From assembly GCA_965213625.1 (NCBI GenBank), contig CBDBZU010000004.1, positions 3,264,001 to 3,328,000 of the forward strand: a DNA stretch of 64,000 nucleotides. The letters run 5' to 3'. Positions 1-9,135 of the stretch are shown in pieces; the first letter of the stretch is position 1, and every line of letters begins with the position of its first letter. The notes beneath the pieces were generated by a model. It worked only from the letters and a program-made list of their open reading frames with translations. It did not search any database and was not told the origin of the DNA. This DNA is from a bacterium. Lineage in GTDB: Bacteria > UBA8248. The translations under genes and the position numbers were made by a program.

Positions 1-221
1 TTGGCTTTGCGCTCGAATTTCAATTTCCCACTTGCTTTGGCAAAAAGGGTATGGTCATTGCCTAAACCGACATTCTCACCAGGATGAAAGACCGTACCGC
101 GTTGCCTGACCAGGATGGTTCCTACGTTCACGCTTTCTCCCGCAAAACGCTTTACGCCCAAGCGGCGCCCGGCACTATCTCGTCCGTTCGATGAGCTTCC
201 ACCAGCTTTTTTATGCGCCAT
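1..221 (-). CDS. rpmA: 50S ribosomal protein L27 (runs off window start)
   Basis: Reverse strand reads [43 protein letters not shown]; lies directly downstream of rplU. Confidence 0.97.
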   Translation of the reverse strand, partial: MAHKKAGGSSSNGRDSAGRRLGVKRFAGESVNVGTILVRQRGTVFHPGENVGLGNDHTLFAKASGKLKFERKA

Positions 222-233
222 TTTCTAATCCTT

Positions 234-551
234 TCATCCTGATGCAAGGATGTCTGTCACTTCAATTTGAGTATAAGGCTGTCTGTGCCCTCTTTTTGTC
301 CGAACTTTTTTGCGACGCTTGAAGCGAAAAGCGATAACTTTTTTCCCGCGCCCATGGTCACGAATCACCGCCCTTACTTTGGCATTACTCAACGCCTCTT
401 TGTCTGCAACAACTTCTTCTCCATTGACGATGAGTCGGACATCCTCAAACTCGACACTCTCTCCAACATTACCGGGCAAGCGCTCGACCAAGACTTGATC
501 TCCCGTTTCGATGCGCATCTGCTTACCCCCGGTTTCCACTACAGCATACAT
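234..551 (-). CDS. rplU: 50S ribosomal protein L21
   Basis: MYAVVETGGKQ N-terminus and KRGHRQPYT motif. Confidence 0.98.
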   Translation of the reverse strand: MYAVVETGGKQMRIETGDQVLVERLPGNVGESVEFEDVRLIVNGEEVVADKEALSNAKVRAVIRDHGRGKKVIAFRFKRRKKVRTKRGHRQPYTQIEVTDILASG

Positions 552-706
552 TCAAAAAATCTCCCTGGGCCCTAAATCAAGCTTTAGTCTTACAAATCAA
601 CGATTTTTCTAGCTTTTGGCTATACCGAGGAGGATATCTATCAACCCAGGCCCTAAATGTCAATTAAAGTATTTACAATCTGATTTTATTTTTCTTGATT
701 TCATTT

Positions 707-1099
707 TCATTTCTTCTTGATCATACTAAATGCCACTCGTTCGGTCCGAAACGATATGGTACGTCTGACAGGTAAATATCCTTTTTTCTGTACTGAAACG
801 GTAAAACCCTTGAAGACATCTTGCATGCCCACCTTGAATTTCAGACGCAAGGGTGTTTTACCCTGATAAACGTCATTGATGAAAACATCTGCCTGCGGAG
901 GATTCGACGTGACAATGAGTTGACGATCCTTGAATCCTTTGACCGGATTTTCAATATTCCTCTCCCACCATTTCCCCATTTGGTTCTTGGTTTTGGCGCA
1001 TCCCGGCACTCCCGATAGGAGTAAGAGGAAAATACTGAAACCTAGAATAAGCCTCAGTGAAGGTTTACACATATCCCTTTGATTCAATTTTCGAAACAT
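707..1099 (-). CDS. PEGA-domain putative lipoprotein
   Basis: Hydrophobic signal ending VPGC; PEGA-like LIVTSNPPQADVFIND..GKTPL and V.KKGY. Confidence 0.75.
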   Translation of the reverse strand: MFRKLNQRDMCKPSLRLILGFSIFLLLLSGVPGCAKTKNQMGKWWERNIENPVKGFKDRQLIVTSNPPQADVFINDVYQGKTPLRLKFKVGMQDVFKGFTVSVQKKGYLPVRRTISFRTERVAFSMIKKK

Positions 1100-1229
1100 G
1101 ATTAAAACCCTATCAAAATCGACCGATGCGTAAACACCAAAAGCTATTCATAACATCAGTTTACACTGAAACATCATGAAGAAAAACACCTTGTTATGAG
1201 GCTGCTCCGCATTTAGTAGCTGCGCCTAA

Positions 1230-2153
1230 CTACGCTGGTGGTTCGCCTACCTGCTGCCTCGACCATTCTTCAAACATTTGCAGCAATTCCGTCTGGTCCG
1301 AATCCGGCCCATATTTTTGTAAACCAAGACCATAAATCTGCCGGGCATGATTCAAATAAAACGCCGTCACACCGTTTTCTCGCGCCAAATCGCTCCCCAT
1401 CGAGAGGTCCTTGTGCATCAATCCCGTGGAAAAACCACAGGTGAAGTCCCTCGGGAGGAGAAAGCGGGGCCATTTATCTTTTGTAGCACTATTCATGCCT
1501 GAACCACCGTTGAAGACTTGAAGCGCCTTTTCAGGGTCTAGGCCTAACTTCGATGCCAAGACCATGGCCTCCATAGAAGCGAGCAGGCTCGTCGCTGAGA
1601 GAAAATTGTTTACACATTTCATTGCATGCCCTGATTCTGGTGTTTCATCAATATGCACAATAGTTTTACCCATTGTCTCGAAAATGGGCATCGCCGCATC
1701 CACAATCTCTTTTGGACCACCAGGCATGATGGCCAGAGTGGCGGCTTCCGCCCCAACGACGCCGCCCGAGACCGGCGCACCGATCAAGTGCAAACCTTTT
1801 CCTGCTACGCGAGATGCAAGCGTACTAGTTCTCGTGGGATAGGAGGAACTCATATCAATTATCAATTTCCCCTTGTCCAGATGCGCGGAAATTCCATCCG
1901 GTCCATCGACTACTGCATCCACGATATCGCTATCAGGTAACATCGTGATGACAACATCGGCGCGCTTTGCCAGATCGGCCAAGCTTTCAGCCGCTTGCAC
2001 CCCATCATCCCTCAAGCACTCGACATTGTCCGGCCTTGTGTCAAAGGCCACGACCGCGTAGTCACCACGTCTCAAATTTTTCGACATGGGTGTTCCCATC
2101 TTCCCGATTCCGACAAAACCGATAGTAACGTTTCCTGGTTCTAAAATTTTCAT
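1230..2153 (-). CDS. NAD(P)-dependent beta-hydroxyacid dehydrogenase (3-hydroxyisobutyrate/tartronate semialdehyde reductase family)
   Basis: IGFVGIGKMG, APVSGG and catalytic KCVNN motifs. Confidence 0.9.
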   Translation of the reverse strand: MKILEPGNVTIGFVGIGKMGTPMSKNLRRGDYAVVAFDTRPDNVECLRDDGVQAAESLADLAKRADVVITMLPDSDIVDAVVDGPDGISAHLDKGKLIIDMSSSYPTRTSTLASRVAGKGLHLIGAPVSGGVVGAEAATLAIMPGGPKEIVDAAMPIFETMGKTIVHIDETPESGHAMKCVNNFLSATSLLASMEAMVLASKLGLDPEKALQVFNGGSGMNSATKDKWPRFLLPRDFTCGFSTGLMHKDLSMGSDLARENGVTAFYLNHARQIYGLGLQKYGPDSDQTELLQMFEEWSRQQVGEPPA

Positions 2154-2334
2154 AGTTTCCTCGCTATCTGAACAAACTGTTTTTTAAAAAACACCACCTA
2201 TCGTTTAGTTGTTTTTGATTCGCTCTAAGGTTTTTGTCAATCCCCATTTGGAGTGGTAAGCTTGAATTTAATTTCAAGCTTCACTCATCATACCGCCCAA
2301 TTAATTTTCCATATGCCGTGCAAGGAGAAACAAA

Positions 2335-3060
2335 ATGGCGCCGATTTCGGCGGATGATGTTGTACTGTATTTGGAGGAAAATCCTGGTTTTTTCATAGAA
2401 CATCCAGACTCACTTCGCCAAAGTGGTCTTCTGACACAAGACAGTACTTCAGCAAAAGTCCTCAACTTACGGGATAAACTTTTTGACCGCTTAAAAGGCG
2501 AAAGAGAGGATTTGGTGCGACTTCTCGACGAAACGATAGAACTCGTTCGCCAAAATGAGCTAATCGAAAATGACTTTGTCGCTATTGAACAACTTTTATT
2601 TGAACAAGCTCCCTCACTGGCAAGCCTTACGGAAATCGTAAAAAATATCGAATCGCGCTTTGGGATTGAATACGCAGGTTTTTTGCTTTTAGAACCCGTC
2701 GATGGCATTCCAGTGCTCGCCGCAAAATCTGACGAATCATGCCGCATCCGCCCACTTGGTAAAATTGAAGAAGAACTCGTACCAATGGATGGAGGAGTTG
2801 TACTCAAGGGTAAATTAGAGGGCTGTGGGGGTCCGCTGTTTCCGAAAGCTTTGAGCGAAAGTATCAAATCAACCGCTATTGTAAGTTTAGAAATTCATGA
2901 GAAAAAAATCGGTTTTCTCATATTGGGTTCCAAAGATCCCGAGCGATATCAAGAGGGTATGGCGACCCACCTCCTCAGGCGTCTTGCAATGCGTTTGGCT
3001 TTGGGAATTTCCATCTTTCAGCGATTCAACAATGGAAAAACGGCGCAAACGATTTCTTGA
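2335..3060 (+). CDS. DUF484-family protein (GAF-like C-terminus)
   Basis: VVLYLEENPGFFIEHP N-terminus; GFLILGSKDPERYQEGMATHLL C-terminus. Confidence 0.8.
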   Translation: MAPISADDVVLYLEENPGFFIEHPDSLRQSGLLTQDSTSAKVLNLRDKLFDRLKGEREDLVRLLDETIELVRQNELIENDFVAIEQLLFEQAPSLASLTEIVKNIESRFGIEYAGFLLLEPVDGIPVLAAKSDESCRIRPLGKIEEELVPMDGGVVLKGKLEGCGGPLFPKALSESIKSTAIVSLEIHEKKIGFLILGSKDPERYQEGMATHLLRRLAMRLALGISIFQRFNNGKTAQTIS

Positions 3061-3107
3061 AGTAAAGCACTCGTTTAGCAATAGTCACATCGTCTGCTTA
3101 TGAGTAA

Positions 3108-4499
3108 TCAGGCTGGAACTCCCTCCGCTTTGGCCGCAAGTTCCATTACCTCGGAAATACTGCTCAGGTTTTCTAAATTCCTGACCCGCTCGATGATCAA
3201 ACCACCCGTTTCCTTTTCGAGCACTGGGGCAGTCATCACGTAGAATCGTTCGATCAACTCACCCCACGTCAACGGATTTCGAGAATCCCCCTTGGGATAA
3301 TCCTGATGCGCTTCGAAAACTCCGCGATCAGTCTCAATTTCGACATTCGCTTGCCATTTATCCGGAAATTCCTTTTCCATTTCGGCATCACCGTAGCATT
3401 CAATCTTCTTGATAATTGAGGAGTAAACCTGAGAGCGGAGGAAATCGTCTGCATACTCATCTAGCCCAGCAGCGCGCCTAAGAATCGCAACAGCCACGGC
3501 ATACTGAAGGCTGAATTGAGCATCAACGATATTTTGCGGATTCGTTTTCATATCATAGGGTTCGATGACTACCATTACGCTCGTCTCCGGAACCCGTACT
3601 TTTACTCGTCTGATTTCCTCTGGCTGAATATCATGCTTTTTGCAAACATCGATTGTGGCGTCAATCGAAGCGTGGTTATAACGACAACAAGCGTAGGGCT
3701 TTATCGCGCTCTCACAGATTTCCCAATACTCACCGAAGTGCTCCACCACATACTCAGGTGTATAGTCATCACTATGGCCATGCAAAAATCCCGTTTTCCC
3801 GCCCAAAATATCTTCCGGTCCCGTATAACCTTCCTGGGCTAAATAGGCGGCGATGATACCGCTATGCGCCGCCCATCCCGGGTGAAACCTCTTCGTCCAA
3901 GCGCCGTTATCGAGATATTGCATCGAACCAGCCGCCTGGCTGCCCGAGATGCCCATTGCATTTGAAGTGGCCTCGACCGAAAGCCCCAAAAGCTTCGATG
4001 CCGTGATCGAGGAGGCGAAAGTGCCGCATGTTCCCGTGGGATGGAAACCACGCTCATAGTGGCTCGTTGGATTCACGGCATTTCCGATGCGATTGGTGAC
4101 TTCATATCCTGCTACGATAGCGGCGATTACTCGCTTCGGATCAGGCTGATGCGCCTCGGCAACGGCTAACGTGCTTGGCATGACGCTGACTGCAGGATGC
4201 AGGCTTGAGCGCGTTGTCACATCATCCATTTCCGTGGCGTGGCTCACCCCCCCGTTCACCAAAGCGGCATGAGGGGCATCAGTTTTCAAACCCGAGCCTA
4301 TGATGGTGCAAGGCCCACCATGGGGAGCGCGCTTTTGGGCAAAATTATGAAACACACGAGAACTGGCCGCCTCCAATGCTCTCAATGTAACGCCGAGGTG
4401 ATCGAGCAAAAAATACTTTGCGCGGTCCCTGGCCTCATCGGACAGAGAACCATAAGTAATGGCGTGAACGTGTTCGACAAGCATTCGGCTGATATTCAT
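3108..4499 (-). CDS. MmgE/PrpD family protein (copy 1)
   Basis: HATEMDD, HP, GFHPTG, TKRFHPG, KPYACC, AQFS motifs; ATG at 4499 preceded by GGAG. Confidence 0.92.
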   Translation of the reverse strand: MNISRMLVEHVHAITYGSLSDEARDRAKYFLLDHLGVTLRALEAASSRVFHNFAQKRAPHGGPCTIIGSGLKTDAPHAALVNGGVSHATEMDDVTTRSSLHPAVSVMPSTLAVAEAHQPDPKRVIAAIVAGYEVTNRIGNAVNPTSHYERGFHPTGTCGTFASSITASKLLGLSVEATSNAMGISGSQAAGSMQYLDNGAWTKRFHPGWAAHSGIIAAYLAQEGYTGPEDILGGKTGFLHGHSDDYTPEYVVEHFGEYWEICESAIKPYACCRYNHASIDATIDVCKKHDIQPEEIRRVKVRVPETSVMVVIEPYDMKTNPQNIVDAQFSLQYAVAVAILRRAAGLDEYADDFLRSQVYSSIIKKIECYGDAEMEKEFPDKWQANVEIETDRGVFEAHQDYPKGDSRNPLTWGELIERFYVMTAPVLEKETGGLIIERVRNLENLSSISEVMELAAKAEGVPA

Positions 4500-4733
4500 T
4501 CGAACTTCTCCTTCCACTAGAAGCCAGTTTGTGATTTTGAGACTTTGGCCCACTGCTGTACAGGCAATTTTTACACTTCAAGCAATAATACCAGAACTTA
4601 TTGTATTCTGCCTCAGCGCAAGAGTGGATAAACCGCTCCAAGCCTTTGGGGCAAGGATGAATTTGTCATATGGTATTGCTTGCAGATACAATTCTCCATC
4701 ACTTGTACACTCTCATCATTTTGGAGACAGAAC

Positions 4734-5078
4734 ATGCAATCTTGCGTCTTTTGTAAAATCGTAGCAGGCGAGATTCCCTGCAAAAAAGTGTATGAAGATG
4801 ACGCATTGTTTGCATTTGAAGACGCCAACCCGGCGGCCCCCACACATATTCTGATCATCCCGAAAAAACACATGGAGACGCTCCATGAGATACAGGATGC
4901 GGACAAGGAACTGATTGGCTCGATATTCGTTGCGGCGAATGAAATCGCTCGCAAACAGGGAATCGCGCAAGAGGGTTTTCGTATCGTCGCGAATTGCGGA
5001 GATAACGGCGGCCAAACAGTCTTTCACATCCACTTTCACCTCTTGGGCGGACGCCAGATGGAATGGCCGCCTGGCTAG
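4734..5078 (+). CDS. HIT family nucleotide-binding protein (Hint-like)
   Basis: CVFCKIV start, HIHFHLLGGR triad, WPPG end. Confidence 0.95.
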   Translation: MQSCVFCKIVAGEIPCKKVYEDDALFAFEDANPAAPTHILIIPKKHMETLHEIQDADKELIGSIFVAANEIARKQGIAQEGFRIVANCGDNGGQTVFHIHFHLLGGRQMEWPPG

Positions 5079-5157
5079 CATATGCATCGTACATAAAATT
5101 GTTTGCGTCAATTGAACTGCCAGAGAACTCACCTGAGAATTGCTGCCCTCTTAGAAC

Positions 5158-5781
5158 CTACATCAATCGGAATCGCTGCTCCATGGCCCGGCTCCATTTG
5201 CTCGCTTGATCATGATCGAACAAAATATCCGGATCCGCAGGCGCCGTATACCAGTCTCCGCGCCTCATCTCGCTCTCCAGTTGCCCGGCCCCCCAACCGG
5301 CGTAGCCGACCACGATTACGATTTGCTTGGGCCGCTTGCCTCGAGCTATGGCCCGAAGCATCTCATCCACCGGACTTACCGCTACATTCTGTCCCAAGTC
5401 ATGTATCACATTGAGTTGATGTTCATTTGTATGGAGCACGAAGCCCGTATCGGGAGACACGGGACCACCGTAGTAGATATTCACCTGGCTCATCTCTCGA
5501 GGCGCTTTTATGCCAAAACTTCGGAAAAGCGCGGAGAGCGGTATTCTCTGCACCACACGATTTACTATCAGCCCGAATGCACCCTTTTCGCTGTGTTCCA
5601 CCAATAGAATGACACTCTGGCGAAACCGGCCGTCCGGCATGCCCGGTCGCGCGACCAGCAACACGCCCTCGTGATATCCAAGCAGTGGAAGGTATGGCCC
5701 TTCCGGGTTCTTATCCTGCTCCTGGGCAGAGGCGGTAACGGCGAAAAACAACACCATCGCAGCGAGAAGGATTCGTTTCAT
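5158..5781 (-). CDS. YqgE/AlgH (DUF179) family protein with N-terminal signal peptide
   Basis: FRQSVILLVEH..GAFGLIVNR, YGGPV, GYAGWGAGQLESE..GDW; start sits just after the mnmA stop. Confidence 0.9.
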   Translation of the reverse strand: MKRILLAAMVLFFAVTASAQEQDKNPEGPYLPLLGYHEGVLLVARPGMPDGRFRQSVILLVEHSEKGAFGLIVNRVVQRIPLSALFRSFGIKAPREMSQVNIYYGGPVSPDTGFVLHTNEHQLNVIHDLGQNVAVSPVDEMLRAIARGKRPKQIVIVVGYAGWGAGQLESEMRRGDWYTAPADPDILFDHDQASKWSRAMEQRFRLM

Positions 5782-5782
5782 T

Positions 5783-6844
5783 CTAAGCCACCCAGCCACC
5801 ACCGTAGAGCACGTCGGCGGAGTAGAAAACGGCCGCCTGCCCCGGCGCCACTGCGCCCAGATATGTGGGGTCATGGGGCCTGATTTCGACGATTCCATCC
5901 TCTTTGGGCGTCACGGCGCATGCGGCCGCGCGGCCCCTATGCCTCACCTGCACTTCCAGAGGAGATGAATCGGGGGGAATCGACCAATGCACGTCCCTCG
6001 CGATGAAAACCTCACGCGCTAGGGCCTCGCGTTCGCCCACCACGATAGTAGCCGATTCCGATTCGAGTTCCACCACGTAGCGCGGCGGGCCGCCTCCCAA
6101 ATCGAGGCCCCGTCTTTGTCCCACGGTGAAGTTGGTCACCCCCCCGTGCCTGCCGAGCACGTTTCCCGCGAGGTCCACGATGTCTCCCGGCCTGTCGATA
6201 CCGGGTTTCTCGGCCTTGAGGAAAGCGCGGTAATCATCCTTTGGCACGAAGCAAATCTCCTGGCTTTCAGGCTTCTCCGCGGTGGGGAGGCCCAGTTTTC
6301 TGGCGTATTCCCTCGTTTGCTTCTTCGTGAACTCCCCCAGGGGGAACGCGGTGCGCGCGAGTTGCTCCTGCGTCATGCCGAAGAGGAAATATGTCTGGTC
6401 CTTCTCCCTGTCCAGGCTTCTAGCGACGCTCTGGTGGCCGTCGACTTCCACCCGTCTGGCGTAATGCCCCGTGACGAGGACCTCCGCGCCGAACGCCATC
6501 GCGCGCTCGGCGAGATAATCGAACTTCACCACCTGGTTGCACTTGACGCAGGGCACGGGCGTTCTGCCGTTTTCGTATTCCGAGATGAAGTCCACGATCA
6601 CGCTTTCCTTGAAGGATTCGCGCACGTCCATCACATAGAAGGGAATGTCGAGCTGGGCCGCCACGGCGCGCGCATCGGCCAGGTCGCGCGGGGCGCAACA
6701 CCCCCTGTGAAACGACTCCTGCGCGGGCCTGTCGGCGAGGCGAAGCCCCACGCCGATGGTCTCATGACCGGCCTCCACCATGAGGGCCGCGGCCACCGAG
6801 CTGTCCACCCCGCCGCTCATCGCCACCACTACGCGCTTCGCCAT
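5783..6844 (-). CDS. mnmA: tRNA-specific 2-thiouridylase
   Basis: AMSGGVDSS, GCC, PCVKCN, TGHYAR, KDQTYFL, ESQEICF, FTVGQRRGL. Confidence 0.97.
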   Translation of the reverse strand: MAKRVVVAMSGGVDSSVAAALMVEAGHETIGVGLRLADRPAQESFHRGCCAPRDLADARAVAAQLDIPFYVMDVRESFKESVIVDFISEYENGRTPVPCVKCNQVVKFDYLAERAMAFGAEVLVTGHYARRVEVDGHQSVARSLDREKDQTYFLFGMTQEQLARTAFPLGEFTKKQTREYARKLGLPTAEKPESQEICFVPKDDYRAFLKAEKPGIDRPGDIVDLAGNVLGRHGGVTNFTVGQRRGLDLGGGPPRYVVELESESATIVVGEREALAREVFIARDVHWSIPPDSSPLEVQVRHRGRAAACAVTPKEDGIVEIRPHDPTYLGAVAPGQAAVFYSADVLYGGGWVA

Positions 6845-7256
6845 CACCGCCTCCCGAGGATGCCGCTCAAAGTCCGGCCACGTTATACACCACTCGCTTC
6901 GCCTGAGGCCACAGGGCGTGGAGAGGTTCCGCGCTGGAGCCACTGCGAGGAAATGCGGGTAAATGCGTGGTTCTTAAAAAAATTTTAATTCGATAAATTT
7001 CGATAATTACATAAAGTATTACTTTAGGTATATTTGATAAACTATTAAATGAATGTATAATGCCATGATAGTTTCGTCCATAAACTTTTTCGTAAATTTA
7101 TCCAATTTTATCGATATTTTCATGAATTCAAAACCCGGCGCACGCACGGCGCACGGGGGAGATTTCACCGCCTTTGCGCCTTCGTCCATCTCGCAACGCC
7201 TGCCATGGATTCGCCGAATCATCGCTTCACCTTTATCAATCCACAGTCGAGGTATT

Positions 7257-7398
7257 GATTTCACCGCCCAGTCCGTCCCTATGAATGCGGCTGTGAGGAA
7301 ACCAGATTCCTCCCGTCCAGCGTGCCCCTATGAAACGGCTGCGAAGAATCAATTCATACACCGGGCCTGCCCCTATGAAAGCGGCTACGAGTGGTTTG
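7257..7398. repeat. Degenerate ~47-48 bp tandem repeat with core YCCCTATGAAW(G)CGGCT (3 clear units)
   Basis: gtccctatgaatgcggct, gcccctatgaaacggct and gcccctatgaaagcggct near 7275, 7324 and 7369. Confidence 0.75.
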
Positions 7399-7530
7399 AA
7401 TGCGCCACCCTCTACGCCCGCATGAAATTCTCGCGCATCTCCAGGGAGGCGGGATAGCGCCAATTGCGGGGAAATGCGTGTCCGATTGATTCCGTCGTCA
7501 TGGCGGCGGTGGTCAATTTCGACCGAGTAT

Positions 7531-7548
7531 GACTTTTTCAACAACCTC
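7531..7548. mobile_element. Orphan IS1182-like terminal inverted repeat remnant
   Basis: GACTTTTTCAACAACCTC resembles the element ends at 20045-20062, 21619-21636 and 21697-21714. Confidence 0.45.
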
Positions 7549-7770
7549 AATGAGGGGAGGTTTCCGACCCATGCCCCAGAAACCACCACTTTTACGGCAA
7601 ATACTGATGGCAATCGACTGGTTGACCGTAAAGCGATGATTCTCGCCCACCAGTCCTTCGCCAGCGCCACTTCACCCTTGAGCACGGAATTGTGAAGTGG
7701 AAAACCTCGTGTCTGGCCAGTGATCCGGCGAAGCATTTTACTGATTCTTCGATCATTCAGCAGATTTTAA

Positions 7771-9114
7771 TCAGCCGGCCCCTCCCACCGCATGCTCGAA
7801 AACCATCATCGGCTCAAAATCCGCAAGCTTAATTTGAGGCAACGAAACGCCCGCATACGCTCCCGCCGCATGGAATTTCTCGAGCAGCTCCGTATCACTC
7901 AGCGGCTTTCCCGGCATCCCGCGGGCGGCGCCGCAGAACCCGGCCGCGGTGCGGCCATCGCTCAGGGTCAGCGTGAGGCGGATGCTTTCGGGATATTTCC
8001 CGCGCATCTCCTCGGTGGAAAGGTCCATCGCGCGCTTTACACTCACCCGCGCCATGAGGGCCTCCATCTCCGGGCTGACCCCGGCTCCGGGTTCGAGATC
8101 CTCAAACCGGACCTTGCCGTTAAGCGCGGCGCAGGCCAGCGCATATGGCAGGCTGAACTGCATCTCCTGCGGGGTGGCCGGATTCGGAAAGACGAGACTC
8201 CCGTAGACGAGCTCCGGTACTTCGGCGTGTATCCCGGCCACCTCATCAGCACTTGCGCCGAGTTCCGCCATGAGTCCGTTCATCTGTTCGATGGCCGAAA
8301 GCGCTGCCGAGCAGACCGGATTCGTCTTGAACAAGAGGCCCGGGTCGCACAGGCGCCAGCGCAGGCCGATGGTTTTGAGTTCGGACTCGACGGCTTCGCC
8401 CCGGTTCAGCAGCTTCAGGAAACCCCGGTTGTCCTCGAACGCGGCTTCCGGTCCTGTAAGCCCGGCCTGCGCAGCCCGGGCGAACGTAACGGCCCGACGC
8501 GCGGTCTCGCCGACGAGCATCGGCTTGGCGTCCGTACCGAGCACGGCCTTTCCCCCGCCGGAAGCGGCTGCCGCCAGGCCGATAGCGCTCGTCATCGCGT
8601 CCTCATCGAGCCCCAGCAGGCATCCGGCGGCGACGGTCGCGCCCGTGAGGCCGAAGGTGATCGTGCTCCACCAGCCATGGAAGTAGTGGTCGTGTGTGCA
8701 AAGATCGGCGAGGACGTACGCCACCTCGGAACCCGCGACGAAGGCGCGGCGAAGCGAATCAGCGCCCGTTTCGAGTTCCTGCGCCAGGGCCATGGCGGCG
8801 GGCAGCACCACCGCCGAGCCGTGCATGATCCCAGTGTAGGAGGTATCGTCGAAATCCCAGACGTGCGCCGCCATTCCGTTGATGAGCGCCGCGGCTTCCG
8901 GGTCCGCTCTCCCGCCGGTCGCCAGCGTCGCCTTCCCTTCCCCGCGCGTAGTCACTGCAGCCAGGGCGCGCACGGATGGATGCGCGCCCCCCGCGAGCAT
9001 GACGCCCAGGGTGTCGAGCATGGCCCTGTTTGCAACCGTCCTGACTGCGGAATCAACCCGTTCCAGACCGCAGGCGAACCTCGCGAACCGCCGGGCTATT
9101 GTGGGTGTTTTCAT
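7771..9114 (-). CDS. MmgE/PrpD family protein (copy 2, divergent)
   Basis: AALINGMAAHVWDFDDT, MQFSLPY; starts 21 bp after the grdB stop. Confidence 0.9.
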   Translation of the reverse strand: MKTPTIARRFARFACGLERVDSAVRTVANRAMLDTLGVMLAGGAHPSVRALAAVTTRGEGKATLATGGRADPEAAALINGMAAHVWDFDDTSYTGIMHGSAVVLPAAMALAQELETGADSLRRAFVAGSEVAYVLADLCTHDHYFHGWWSTITFGLTGATVAAGCLLGLDEDAMTSAIGLAAAASGGGKAVLGTDAKPMLVGETARRAVTFARAAQAGLTGPEAAFEDNRGFLKLLNRGEAVESELKTIGLRWRLCDPGLLFKTNPVCSAALSAIEQMNGLMAELGASADEVAGIHAEVPELVYGSLVFPNPATPQEMQFSLPYALACAALNGKVRFEDLEPGAGVSPEMEALMARVSVKRAMDLSTEEMRGKYPESIRLTLTLSDGRTAAGFCGAARGMPGKPLSDTELLEKFHAAGAYAGVSLPQIKLADFEPMMVFEHAVGGAG

Positions 9115-9135
9115 GTGGTGACGACACCCACCCCT

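Noticed and set aside
7257-7398. CRISPR array
   Set aside because: Only three imperfect repeats, intervening segments of about 15-30 bp that partly resemble each other, and no cas genes in the window.
7019-7736. Overlapping short ORFs in the mnmA-PrpD gap (including the ACPYE-repeat ORF)
   Set aside because: No clear RBS or family motif, and the DNA repeat units are not consistently in frame.
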